A stretch of DNA of 63,907 nt, counting the filler, from Basidiobolus meristosporus CBS 931.73 (Eukaryota; Fungi; Basidiobolomycota): the NCBI GenBank assembly GCA_002104905.1. It is 3 parts of 3 records of this genome, joined end to end, with 100 filler letters (N's around TTAATTAATTAA, not from the genome) between each part and the next. Parts side by side here need not be neighbours in the genome. Positions count along the whole stretch, not along the records: positions 1 to 24,108 come from MCFE01000955.1; 2 more parts are not named here. One strand, written 5' to 3'. Positions 1-12,147 of this stretch are shown here, piece after piece (the stretch's first letter is position 1; every line of letters starts with the position of its first letter). Both the position numbers and the translations under genes were made by a program. The notes beneath the pieces are model-generated. The model worked only from the letters and a program-made list of their open reading frames with translations, did no database searches and had not been told where the DNA came from.

Positions 1-307
1 TGTATGAATACTTTATATCTGATAAGCAAAATTACGCCTAAACCCGTAATATTACCCCCTATCCTCCAAGTTAAGACTATGTTATATCCATGTGTAGCCA
101 TAAAGGGTATTCTTAAGTAGGTGAGCCAGGTAACAGGCCTCACGGTCCTAATATACATGATATAAACAAGCTTCAAGCGTTTATTAGAGGTAATGGCGGA
201 GTACCCATTTCACTAATTCTCAAGCATACTCATAGAATAATCTTGAATGCCGTATTGATGAGTGTGCACGGTCAGATCCATAGAGTAGTTGACAATGTTT
301 TGAACAT

Positions 308-1554
308 CTAATCTTGTGCGCCGTACAATAGAAGATTAGGTGTGGCCCCCTTTAAGTCGGTAAGCACGTCTCTGGTAGCAGCAGCGGTCAGAGCATTATA
401 TACCTCCTGTGGTGTTGAGACAGCACCCTTGCTCAGGAGCAGTGCGGCAATGCCAGCAACATGTGGACTAGCCATACTGGTACCGGAGAGCTTCTTGGAG
501 GCATCTACTGCACCAATATACGCTGAATTAATATCAGTTCCCGGAGCAGATAGCTTCACACATGCTCCCCAATTACTAGTGTAACGGCGAGAATCGGTCT
601 GGGTCGTGGACCCCACTGCAAAAGCTGATGGGGCATTGGCCGGTGTAAAGCCACAGGCATCCTGGCCTTCGTTACCAGCGGCCACAATAAAGCTAACTCC
701 TGCTCTAACAGCTGCCTCTACAGCAGCAACAAGGGCCTGACTCTTGCCACCGCCTAATGACATGTTGGCTATACTCTTGCGTCCACTAGATTTTGCTTGG
801 TTTGCTACCCAATTGACACCGGCAATTACGCCAGAGGTGCTTCCGGTTCCCTCACCACTCAATACCTTGACACCAATCAGGTTGGCCTTTTTGGCAACGC
901 CATAACTCTTTCCGCCCACAGTTCCAGCAACATGTGTCCCGTGGCCGTTTAGGTCTTCTGCTGTTTCCCCATCGATGAAACTAATAGGAAGACTGGCTCT
1001 ACCCTCGAAGTCTTGATGGGCAGCATAAATCCCGGTATCGATCACGTAGACATCGACGCCCTCTCCGGCTGAATCTGGATAAAGGTACGGAGCAGTCAGG
1101 TTTAGTACCCTTTGGGATATTCTAGACAAACCCCAGCTGGGAGGATTCTCTTGCGATCCATGTACAGTGTACACCTGCTCAGGTTCAATGTAGTCAATAT
1201 CTGAGTGGCTTTGCAACTCGGAAACCAGATCCTTGCTAAGAGTTCCTGCGTACGCTTTGAATGTATCCAGATTGAATCTAGTACGTAACTCATTGCGAAT
1301 TGCATTGCCTCCACTGCGACCACGGTTATATTGATCCAGTTTTGATTTCAGGAATTGATCAACTGTATGGTGGAACGTTTAGTATTTATCATCGAAATGG
1401 CAACACCGAGGAGTTTACCTTGCTTTGAGTTGGCCTCACCCTTTAGCTTGATGATGTAGCGATTCTCCAGCTTCCCAAGTTGAGCCTCAACTAGGGCGTT
1501 CGAGCATACTACAGTAACCAGAGTGGTGATTGCAAGGAAGTTGAAGTTTACCAT
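308..1554 (-). CDS. Secreted subtilisin-like serine protease (S8A, proteinase K-like) with signal peptide and I9 propeptide; 2 exons
   Basis: Catalytic motifs DTG, HGTHVAG and GTSMASPHVAG are intact. ATG at 1554 begins a hydrophobic signal (MVNFNFLAITTLVTVVCSNA). A GT-AG intron at 1363-1418 joins the propeptide in frame (KQ|VDQFLK). Confidence 0.95.
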
Positions 1555-2915
1555 TGTTTCGAGCTGAAGACAAGAAATGGTGAGTGGAGCACTTATATAC
1601 AAGTCGAAAGCTCTCCTTCCGTGCGCGGTACAAATGGTGGGAATGTTATCATTAGACTTGTGATCATTGCGCAGTAGATATGGTGACTCAGGGCAGGAAA
1701 TGTGGTAGCTCAGGGCTTGCAGATACCCTAATGGGTGTTCATCTTGGTTGAGCCGTTCACACCAGTCCTTCATAGCATCGTTCAGTATCCTTCGGCATGT
1801 TAAATTTTACCCACGTAATGGAGCTCGTCTTACACGAAGTGGAAAGTCCCATGATTTCGTATCCTATGGGAAGCACATAGCGTTGATCAATTCCCGCTAC
1901 TGGTAAGCATTGGCAGATTGCACCATTTAATCAAGACTGAGCATATCGCTCACCCAAGGCATACATTTACGCCTGGCACTCTTGATGGCGATTATCCACA
2001 TACTCGGAATATCGCAGGGAAATCCTACAGCATGGGATTGTCATGAGTAAGCATGGATGTGGTTTATTTCTATAACGGTACACATTGTGTGACATAATTA
2101 ACTGCCTGCTGTCCAATTTTACCCTCGGTGCTCTTCGGTACATGCAGGGATTCCATAAAGTATATGGCAATTTGCATAAGAGTTGGTTGGTGGCTCATAT
2201 TGATTGCAGCCTTAGCGGTGGTTGTGCATTCGCTATTCCCACGACAGCTGCTCCCCGAAGTATCTTCTTGGGCTATGCAAATACACCTGGTTGATAGTAG
2301 TGCAGGACGCAGCGAGCGCTTGAGTGGAGCAATGTTTTCGAAGCATTATTGATTATTATTGTGGAGATGTCAACAATGCGTGGTAACGGAAAATATCTCA
2401 GCTATACAGCCTCTGAGTAAAAGCACAACGTAAAATTTCGCACTATTCTCTGGGAAGATCAGCCAGTGGGTGTCCGCGCTAGGTATGTATGCGAAGCAAA
2501 CGTAAAGTACCAATATATACGATAGGTGGTAATACGTAACCGATCTTTATCGAACGCAGGAAGTCACTTCCCTTTCAATGGCCGTCTCTTGGGTTTGATA
2601 GGACGTTATCAGAAAAAACATCGGGATAGGTGGGTGGCTTAGGATTATCTCCTGTGAGGTATGTCTCATAGATCTAACAATATTCAACAACATTGTACCT
2701 TGGATTGCCATTAGGCTACTCGCCTCTCTCTATTCTGCTATGCGATTACTACCGAGTAGTCCGAGTATGTGGAGCATGTACGCTCGAATAGTGTCTGATA
2801 TTCAAGACGTGAGAATTATAAGGCAGCTACGTTGTATAAGAATATTTATTATTTCACATAACAAATATAGGAGTTGTGATATTTAAGTAACTATAGAATC
2901 TAAATAACGCTTCTT

Positions 2916-3522
2916 CTATGGACATACTGGTGGGTTGTAGCGGCCTGGAACAGTGGCAAACCCTTGGGTCCAATAGTACCCTGGCTGACCCAAAGCCCCT
3001 CCCATATGAGTAAACCCAGGATTGAGAATGTTCCGCCGGTGTGCTAGACAATGATTCAGATTAACACGCGATTCATTGCAACAAGATATAGTTATCTAAG
3101 GGAAGAACAAGAACAGCCAACACTTACGGGGTGAATTCATCCATACGCGCATCACACTCTCCTCACTGGTTTGCCCACGAGCGACATTTTCGCCGTATTG
3201 TGTCCACCTGAGGCCGTGCTCATTGATTGCCTTATCCATCGGTGAGTGATCATATCTATCGTGGGTCATACGATTGTACTTGACTTGCATCCGAGAATGG
3301 CGCTGGCATACATCGTTCAGCTCACTGAAGATATGGATTATTACTTGCCCGCCCGAACCGTCTCCTTCCACTGGCATGAACTTACCTGCTAAGTACTAGT
3401 GGTCTGAGTCCACGACTGACCCTCTCACGGTTAACAATACAAATCAAGCGCTCGGGAGAAAATGCGCTGGCAGTAATGAAGAAGAGAGTGGCTGAAACGG
3501 TGAGTGTGTATCTAAAAAGCAT
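2916..3522 (-). CDS. Secreted CAP/SCP (PR-1/YkwD-like) protein; 3 exons
   Basis: Signal peptide, then VNRER, HSRMQ, GENVARGQ, WMNSPPHRRNIL and YWTQGF CAP motifs after removing GT-AG introns 3325-3385 and 3044-3127. Stop at 2916-2918. Confidence 0.88.
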
Positions 3523-3754
3523 TGTAATGGAAGAGGGGATGGATTTTGCGAGGTAACCTCCTCGGATTATAACTGGAGCCACGACCAGCTTCTCGATGGG
3601 AAAAAGTCCCCTCTGCATGCATAGAAAAATTCCCTGGCTTGCTAGGTGGAAATCACCGACTGCGCATCTTCCAGATAGTAGCTAAACATTTTATTGATTC
3701 TTAAAAATATTCCATTCACGATACGGTAAATCATAAAGCAGTCCTTTTTGCTGC

Positions 3755-4867
3755 TTAGAGCTCGGTGTGGCACTTAGTGGGCTTAGGCTTGGGGTGACAT
3801 TTGGTCGGCTTAGGCTTGCAAGTTTTCGAGATGGCGCTTGACGGGACAGAGGTGGTTGATCCGCCACTTGAGTGAGTAAGACTGTTTCCGTGCTGAGTGC
3901 CTACACTACTGAGAACAGTGGTGGTCTGAAGAGCCGTTGGTGCGGCGGTAGTTGTAGCTGTAATGCTTGAGATGACTGTCACCGTAGGGGTAACTGAAGG
4001 ACCTCTTGAGCTACTGACGCCACTTACACTGCCAGAGGGGGAGGCAGTTGGGCTTCTTGAGCTGCTAATACCACTTACACTGCCAGAGGGGGAAGCAGTT
4101 GGGCTTCTTGAGCTGCTAATACCGCTTACACTCCCAGAGGGGGAAACGGTAGGGCTTCTTGAACTGCTGATGCCACTCACACTGCCAGAGGGAGAGATGG
4201 TGCTAATGGTAACTTGCCGCGTTATAGATGAGGTGGGGATAACCCGAGTTACAAGGGTAGAATCCAGAGTTTCGATATATTCGGTGTACGCGCCAAACCG
4301 AGTAACCACTGACCCGGCGCTTGTTTGCACAGATGGATCCCCTACTCCAAGATAGTTGGTCAAGGTTGGCCCCGGGATTGTATTGATCACTTGTCTCGAG
4401 GAGAGCATCTCGATAACTGTTCCGATAATTACTCCGCTAACAGTTGGGCCTGTAATGGTAGTCACATCATCAGTAAGATCGGTATTAGTAATCGTTTGCG
4501 CAGCAAGTGTCTCGGTAAACTGCGAAGACCATAAGGTTCGAGTAATACTGGTCAATTGCAGCGAGTCTTCGATCACCGTTCCAGGTATTTCCCGAGTGAC
4601 TGTTTCTGGGGAAATGGTTCTTGTTACATCTGAACGGCCGGCATTTTCAGTGATGGTATCACCACCCAGAGTCTCCGTATAGGTGATTGGTGGCACAGTG
4701 GCTACCTGAGTATGGGCGGGGATGGTTCCAGTGACAAGCGCAGTCTGAATGAACCATGTGACTGTTTCTTCAGGATAGGAGTGGGTCTTTACTTCAGTGT
4801 CTTGACCATGTACCGCGAGCGTGGAAGCAATAGCGAAGAGAACGAAGTAACTGGTTTTGCGCATCAT
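3755..4867 (-). CDS. Secreted Ser/Thr-rich (mucin/adhesin-like) protein with internal 17-aa repeats
   Basis: Single long ORF; signal-like MMRKTSYFVLFAIASTLAVHG; Thr-rich N-half; four SPSGSVSGISSSRSPT repeats; Lys/Pro/Cys tail. No family recognised. Confidence 0.75.
   Translation of the reverse strand: MMRKTSYFVLFAIASTLAVHGQDTEVKTHSYPEETVTWFIQTALVTGTIPAHTQVATVPPITYTETLGGDTITENAGRSDVTRTISPETVTREIPGTVIEDSLQLTSITRTLWSSQFTETLAAQTITNTDLTDDVTTITGPTVSGVIIGTVIEMLSSRQVINTIPGPTLTNYLGVGDPSVQTSAGSVVTRFGAYTEYIETLDSTLVTRVIPTSSITRQVTISTISPSGSVSGISSSRSPTVSPSGSVSGISSSRSPTASPSGSVSGISSSRSPTASPSGSVSGVSSSRGPSVTPTVTVISSITATTTAAPTALQTTTVLSSVGTQHGNSLTHSSGGSTTSVPSSAISKTCKPKPTKCHPKPKPTKCHTEL
3995..4200 (-). repeat. 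Coding tandem repeat, 51-bp unit x4
   Basis: GCCAGAGGG recurs at 4031 and 4082 (period 51) and the protein repeat unit is 17 aa; boundaries approximate. Confidence 0.85.
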
Positions 4868-5473
4868 TGGTAGTAGAGCAGGATGTAGGGAAATCAATGT
4901 CTGAGTACTAGTTCAATGCCATGTCGGCCGCTTTATACTCACTTCTTGGCTAAGGAAGGGACTATTTTTATGCTGTGTGGATATGAAATCCTGACTCTTT
5001 CCTAAAATGGATGCCACTTGGAGCAATGACTGATAAGTAATTACCAAGTATTTGGTCAGCATCCAAGGTCACTATATTTACATGTGGCTACCCCAGCACC
5101 TGCCGTTCTGGTAGCCGTGATCCGCTCATTTGCCAGGTCTGAGAATGATAAATAGAACTTGCGAATCTCCGAGTGAAGATCCTTGTTAACACTATCAAAA
5201 ATAAGCTCCACGGGGAATCTGCTCTTCTAGCAAAAATAGCAAATCAAAGCAGATTGCATTATCGAATACTAATTTCCAGTACATAATAATAGGATTCCAA
5301 AGTATATGGGAACAGTGACTGTTTCTGAATAATTGAAAGCTGTATAGTGTCTACACGACTTTGGATTGGTGGGGGATAGTGGGGGAGCGCTCATTGACTT
5401 GATGTACAAAAAATAGCTTTATTCGGATGAAATGACGCACCAACTTTCCACCAGCAATGCACCTCGACTTTGA

Positions 5474-6148
5474 TTATTCAGCTTTGTACCCACAATACTC
5501 CTCGAAAGCGGCGAACAGTTTCTGTGGGTGCATTATCTGATAGTAGTACAGCACCGGCTCTTGCCCTGGCTTTTTGATTGCCTTGTAAAATTGTTCGGTG
5601 CAAGGTAGGCAGATGACCTTCTTGAGCTCCTCCCGTGGTAAGGGGTCGCGCCTCACGGAGTTATTTTCCAACGCCACTCCTGCTCGAATGACCTTGGTGA
5701 GGCAACGCGACCCATCGATCTCCTCGCAAGCTATGGTCGCTGCATCCTTACTGGCCCAGGAGTTGTATACTCGTTGGTTATTTGAGGCTAAATTAGGAGG
5801 ATCACAGTTCTCCGATACTAATTTCGCGCCACTGATGGTGTCTTGCAAGCACTCAGGCTTGCACACATCATCCAACGTCGAAAAGAACAGGGGCATTTGT
5901 GAGAAGCACGTACTTAGACTTGGGTATTTCTGATCAGCCTCCAGAATGGCTGATTGGCACTTTGGGCTGGGACTGTGGATTCCATCTGCGAAGTGGCTCG
6001 TTGGCTGGGTTAGTGGTAGTGGGGGGAGCTCCATCATGCTGAACACCTGTTGCTTGATAGTATTCACCACGCTAAAGCCGCTCGCTTGAACGGAGAGGGA
6101 ACTTAGCCCGATTACGGCTAACGACATCTTGAGAGTGGCGCCTTTCAT
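5474..6148 (-). CDS. Predicted secreted cysteine-rich protein of unknown function
   Basis: Intact 224-aa single-exon ORF with an N-terminal hydrophobic signal and about 10 spaced Cys residues. Confidence 0.7.
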   Translation of the reverse strand: MKGATLKMSLAVIGLSSLSVQASGFSVVNTIKQQVFSMMELPPLPLTQPTSHFADGIHSPSPKCQSAILEADQKYPSLSTCFSQMPLFFSTLDDVCKPECLQDTISGAKLVSENCDPPNLASNNQRVYNSWASKDAATIACEEIDGSRCLTKVIRAGVALENNSVRRDPLPREELKKVICLPCTEQFYKAIKKPGQEPVLYYYQIMHPQKLFAAFEEYCGYKAE

Positions 6149-7286
6149 GTTGTGGTGTTTAGGGAATCGGTAGGAGCTAATTCTGCTTAGTGTGGATATT
6201 TATAGCAATCGTGGCAGCTCACCTCAACCAAGATGAAACGAATTAAGGTGCAAGATGCACTTTGATGCAAGAGTATGCGTACATTGGCATCTGCGATCAG
6301 TAATTGGCGCCTATCAAGACGGTTTCATAGGAGTATCAATTCTGAATCCTTGAGTTGGAGCCTGATGATCGTTTCACCACGAATGATTAGGGCAATCCAG
6401 TATAGTTGCAGACGCATCTGATTGCGGAATCTATTCGCCAGGTACACTTGGCATTCTGCATTAGTTTATCCGATTTCACATTATTTTTAGCTCAATACCT
6501 CGCAGTTTAATATCTGGTCAACTATGTACGGGGCAGACGATTCAGTAATGATGATATGTTGGTAACACATAAGCTGGTGTATCTTGAATCCCATGCAAAT
6601 CTACACCAGCTAGAACCCCTTGAGCCCTTGAACATCCATCCGAATCCCACCACCATTGGTAATATTTGGCACAAGTGGCGAGTGGCATGCCATCACTTCT
6701 CACATTTGCCGCTCCCTACCCCACCTCTACTGCTCTGAGTGATCCAAGCGACCAATTTACCCGGCGCAATGGACGAATAGGGAAGCAAGAGTCAAATTCA
6801 AGGGCGTGAAATCGAACGGGATCATTTTTGCCGAAAACAATGTTAGCTGCATACAGGATGTACATGTCTGATTTCGGACGGGAGCCTGTTTACACGTGAA
6901 ATGCATGGCCTGGCCTTCTCAGATATGAGGAAATATCCGCAACTTGACGGAAGGATTCCTTAATTCTGACATGGAGGGGTGTTTGTGAACAGCCATATAT
7001 GGGCCTCGGGGTATCCATATAACCTTATAGTAATCGAGGGAACACAGGCTATAGTCTCGTAAAGGCTGAATACTAAAACATTATCCTCCATGGTGACTTT
7101 CTATATTTGTGAACGGCCCGAAGTAGGATACCCCACATTGGCTACCATGATGCCACTTTGCGCAAGCACCCAATGTGTTGTGAATTTTTGTTGTACCACC
7201 TGAGCATGTCAGCTTCCGGGTATAAAAGAAATATTGTGCGGTGAATGATAAGCATCACTTGGAGTTTAAGTGTTTGAGACTTCATC

Positions 7287-8794
7287 ATGTTGAGAGCTAC
7301 CCTAAGCCGCTTGTCCAATTCCCAGAGCTTTCTCTCCACCCGTCGCTATGCATCGACCTCTGTCAATTCCTCCTACAAGGTAGTGGTCGTTGGTGGCGGT
7401 CCTGGCGGCTTATCAGGTAAATACTGCATCTGATCAGCAATATTACAAGCCGTCCCTTCTAAACAGCCATTGCTCCATCAGTGTCTTCAACCTTGTCAAG
7501 AATATTGGGTAGCAAGAATGTTGCGGTGATCGAGCCTTCAAGTGTTCATTATGTAAGTGCCCTCAGAGATATGCATATCGCTTGTCACACTAATTCTGGT
7601 CGTCTGTTAGTATCAGCCGTTGTGGACTTTCGTTGGCGGCGGGCTCAAGAGCTTCGAGCAGTCCAAGAAGAAGATGGAGGATGTTATGTCGAAAGAAGTT
7701 GACTGGATTCAGAACTCTGCTGCCACCTTCGAACCGGAAAAGAATGTGGTTGTGTTGAGCGATGGCCAGAGGATCAGTTATGATTACCTGGTTGTTGCCG
7801 CCGGTATCCAGATCAACTGGGGAAACATCAAGGGACTCAAAGAGGCTCTTGGAAAAGATTGTGTTACTAGCAATTATTCTGCCGACAGCGTTCAACGGAC
7901 TTGGGAATTCATAAATAACTTCAAGGGTGGGAATGCCATCTTCACTATGCCCTCCACTACAATCAAGGTACGTACGAGTCCCCAGACTTTTGTGAAGCCT
8001 CCCCTAACTTGTCTAATGTCCTCTCATAGTGTGCCGGTGCTCCTCAGAAGATCATGTACTTGGCAGAAGAGCAATTCCGTCACAATGGTGTCCGCGACAA
8101 AGCCAATGTTATGTACAATACAGCAACCGGCAAGCTCTTTGGCATCGACAAGTATGCCAAGACTTTATCCAAGATCTGTCAAGAAAGAGGCATAGCCGTC
8201 AATACCACAACCGAGCTGACCGAAATTAGACCTGAAAATCGGGAGGCAGTATTCAAAAAGACTGGGCCGAACGGTACCGAAGAGCAAATTTACAACTACG
8301 ATTTCCTCCATGTGACTCCACCAATGGGCGCACCTGATTTCATCAAGAACTCCCCCATTGCAGATGCCGCGGGTTGGGTCGATGTTGATGCCTCCACACT
8401 TCAGCACACCAGATACCCAAACATCTTTTCCCTTGGTGATTGCTCCTCTTGCCCAACCGGCAAAACCGCCGCAGCAATCACCTCGGAGTCGCAGGTTGTC
8501 AAGCGCAATTTGCTGTCTTCGATGGCTGGCAAGGAGTTGACTGCCAAGTACGACGGCTATACTTCGTGCCCACTTGTGACCGGAAAGAACAAGCTTATCC
8601 TAGCCGAATTCAGTGGCTATACCTCCAAGCCCCTTGAAACCTTCCCGGTTAACCAGGCAGTGGAGAGAAGCTCAATGTTCCATCTTACCGCCCACCTCCT
8701 TCCCGAATTCTATTGGAATGGAATCCTCAAGGGCATCTGGCATGGCCCCGGTTTCTTCCGTAATATTCTCAACCCTAATGGTGGCCAAATCTAA
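7287..8794 (+). CDS. SQR: Mitochondrial sulfide:quinone oxidoreductase; 4 exons
   Basis: Mitochondrial-type leader MLRATLSRL, FAD motif VVVVGGGPGG, YQPLWTFVGGG, and both redox cysteines (CAGAPQK, GYTSCP). Introns 7417-7481, 7553-7610, 7968-8029. Confidence 0.95.
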
Positions 8795-9281
8795 GTACCT
8801 TTCACAGCCACAGCCTACCCCTCCTCAGCACTAAATAGCCATCATAGTCTCCATTGCATACCACCCCTTTTTGCCACAGCATCAATAAATGTTGAAGATT
8901 CTCCCAACCATTCAAATCAACCTGTCCCCAAACCGGTCTAAACGGGAATCCCCGCACGTACACAAATTTAATCTAGAAAATAAACGGGATTGATGAATCG
9001 CTCAGATGGGCCTACACTTAGCCTTGGATTGCATGACGATTGTTATATCTGTTCGCTCCTTTCTTTTCCCAGCCTTGTGAACCAGTTCATAGATTTCCAA
9101 AGCATTCCCTTTTTTCTCTTTGAGCCCCACTCACCCATATATTCTACCCAAACCCCCTGGTCATCTATTTTACGCCTCCGCACTTCCTCCATCAACCCCG
9201 GAAACCCTGATAGACAGAAGCAAACTGTTGCGGTATCCGATACACATCAACAGCCCATCTTACCAATAGCGTGTACTGCCC

Positions 9282-10194
9282 ATGAGCTTTTTCAACATCA
9301 GGTATATACATCTATTCGTCGAGGAACATGCTTCATCTAGCCGGTTATTGATGAATCTTTTGCAACTAGTAAACTCACATCCAAAAACAAAGTCAAACGG
9401 CCAACCACGCCGACACCACGCCCACTCTTCCTGTCCTCGCCCTTCGTTCATTCCTCTTTAGTCAAAGGAAGCTTTAAGCCCATCGTGGCCCTCCCGAAAT
9501 ACGTAGATGAAAACGAGTGGTTGGCTGTGAATGGTTTGGTTTTCGGGTAAACTCTTTCTCTAGTCTCGCTCACCTAACGAAACGCTCTCTTCCCAGTGTT
9601 TGACTTTTTCAACTATCTGAACCTATTTTACGGGTCCATAAGCGATTTCTGCTCCATGAGGGAGTGCTCCACGATGTCAGCTGGACCAGGGTAGGGTGTG
9701 TTTACTATGCATGATACCGACGAGACCCATTTCTCACGAAGCCTCGTATTTTAGAGTGGAGTACACTTGGGTTGATTCGCAGAAGAAGAGCGTCAAGCTA
9801 CCGGCGCCGCAATACATCGATTATGTCATGTCGTGGATACAGAACATGCTGAACGATGAAAACGTATTCCCAACCAAGGCCGGTACGTTCTTTCCCTGAA
9901 CACGACTAGAGCCCTGCTGAGCCCACACTCACCAATCTATCAACAGGGCGTGAATTCCCGCGAGACTTCTCCCTGACCATCCGGATGATTACCAAGCAGT
10001 TATTCCGAGTGTTCGCTCACATGTTCCACTGTCATTATGAGCCTTTGTTGCACCTATGCGCGGAAGGGCACTTTCAATCTCTTTTTGGGCATTTCATGAC
10101 CTTCGCCAAAGAGTTTGATTTGCTCGACAAAAAGGAGATCCAACCTTTAGCAGAGCTAATCTGTGAGATGGAGAGCAGTGGGACCATTGGCTAA
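9282..10194 (+). CDS. MOB2: MOB kinase activator, Mob2-type; 5 exons
   Basis: Spliced product MSFFNISKLT...PLFLSSPFVHSSLVKGSFKPIVALPKYVDENEWLAVNVFDFFNYLNLFYG...LPAPQYIDYV...FPTKAGREFP...QLFRVFAHMFHCH. Introns about 9302-9369, 9534-9596, 9692-9754, 9883-9945. The first exon is inferred. Confidence 0.88.
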
Positions 10195-10491
10195 CTCGAC
10201 CGCCCTACGTCCTCCACCACCCTCAGCTTTCTTCCGGCCTTTTCAGTAATAGTAAGGAAATCCCACCCATTCGCTCGAAACCCGACGTGTATCAACTATC
10301 TGTTCTTCTCTAACCATAGCCAAAGCATGCATGGTGTCATCAATAAAACCCTTCAAGGCAAGATGTGGTGGATCTTGGAAAATTGCCATGGATCCAGCGG
10401 CGATTGGGATATAAATTTCCCGCCGAATCGAAATTGACCGGCCCCCCTTCATCGCTCGTGTTTCGTGCTTTCATTTATCCCTGCGTTTAAC

Positions 10492-10879
10492 ATGGTGGTA
10501 AGTTGGTTCCCATTGACTGCATGAGAACATACACCGTAGGGCAGTGTTGGATGGATGGATGGATGGATGAAAGAATGCCTGTAGTTGGATGGGATCGCCG
10601 GGCAGCGTGCTGATGCTTTGTTTACTCTAGTTGGCAGTTGACCTTTTGAACCCTTCAGTGGAGCACGAGAAGAACACCCACAAGTTGAAGCGACTGGTGC
10701 AGTCCCCCAACTCATACTTCATGGACGTCAAGTGCCCTGGCTGCTTCAACATCACCACTGTCTTCAGCCACGCACAGACCGTAGTTCTCTGCGGGTCCTG
10801 TGCCACCGTTCTTTGCCAGCCTACCGGTGGCCGTGCCCGCTTGACCGAGGGCTGCTCTTTCCGTAGAAAGACAAACTAG
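10492..10879 (+). CDS. RPS27: 40S ribosomal protein S27 (eS27); 2 exons
   Basis: ATG GTG | intron 10498-10630 | LAVDLLNP...DVKCPGC...LCGSC...GCSFRRK with an intact C4 zinc finger. Confidence 0.96.
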
Positions 10880-12147
10880 ATTAATATCCTTAGCATACAA
10901 GTAATAAACCAGCTCAGCAAAGCAGCACTCCCTGCAACAGATCAATCTCCACGACTGTTGCAACCTCGAGGCGCCTTCAATATGGGAGCCATGTGGCAAG
11001 TTGATATGGTTAGCACCAGTTCCAGCCAATCGACTCCGCGTCTCGCCATATCTGGAGAGGGGTCCGTATAAATAGGCCCTGGCTGGCAAATACGATGGAT
11101 TTCTGGTGGATGGATCATTGCGTGGGGAAATCTATGCCCGAAGTGACCGGCCATTGGGGGACTGGATGGCCGATTTACATCATGGTTTCCTAGCGAGAGC
11201 TTCTATCGGCGAGCGCTGTGATCCATCTGATCGGGATTGGCGTGCATCTAATACCCTTAATGTGATACGACGATTATAAGCTTCAGGCCTCCCAATTTTG
11301 ATGGCCACGAGGCCGTCGAAATCTCCCTTTGTGGCCAATCAAGTACACATCTTCCCCTTCCTTTTCCACAGTCAATGGAGGCCACCGAGGTTGGAGATTC
11401 TAGACCCCCGAGGCGCCGGCGGGCTTGCGCTTCCAGCGAAGAGGCGATGGGCAGTAGCAATCGATGTGGCAGCTCAACAGAGCCGCACCCTGTGCCATGC
11501 AACCTCCATCTAGTCAGGGATGAGCCAACATGACTGATACACCGAGAAATGGGAGCTTGACTGGTTTCAATCGCGATCCCTCTCTCCAATCATTGCCCAA
11601 GATAGAATTCCTGCTGAACCTTCGACACAGTCCTTCCTTCGTCTAATTAAATCGCAGCGACTAATTAAGTGGTGGATTTTCTAGCGATGGCAACATATTG
11701 GACGGTTCCCAGTCCAATCCCAATCCACGCCATTTGAGCGGGCCAACGAATTGAGCTAGGAAGAGCCGAAGCTCGAGTGGCAAAAAATTGAAAAAAATCC
11801 GGACCACTCGACTGCCTTCAACCGGGACATGTCTCTAATTATTTAAGAACTAATCGTCCCCGCTACTCCCCTTGACCTTGCTTAGAGTTTTCATATTCAC
11901 CACCGACCAACCCTGGTTTCACTTGGACCTCCCTAGTTGGCCAGATTCTTAATTACCCCTCTACCCCTTCTTAAACTTTGTCTTACTTTAGAATCCGCTC
12001 CTTTATAGAAGAGCCTGAACTGCCGCTGAACTCCACTGCGCTTCCCCCGACTCTCTCCCTTTAGCATAGACTGGCTTCTTGCTTGATAACTGTCCCTAAT
12101 CACTCAAGTAATTGTATCCCCACTGAAGTTCGCTCTCACGCCTCGTA

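Noticed and set aside
1967-2352. Small ORFs between the subtilisin and CAP genes, and at 10942-11589
   Set aside because: No motifs, splice structure or signal to support coding.
10498-10630. snoRNA in the RPS27 intron; (GGAT)n tract at about 10548-10569
   Set aside because: The CTGA is better explained as the branch point and there is no proper C box; the tract is a simple microsatellite.
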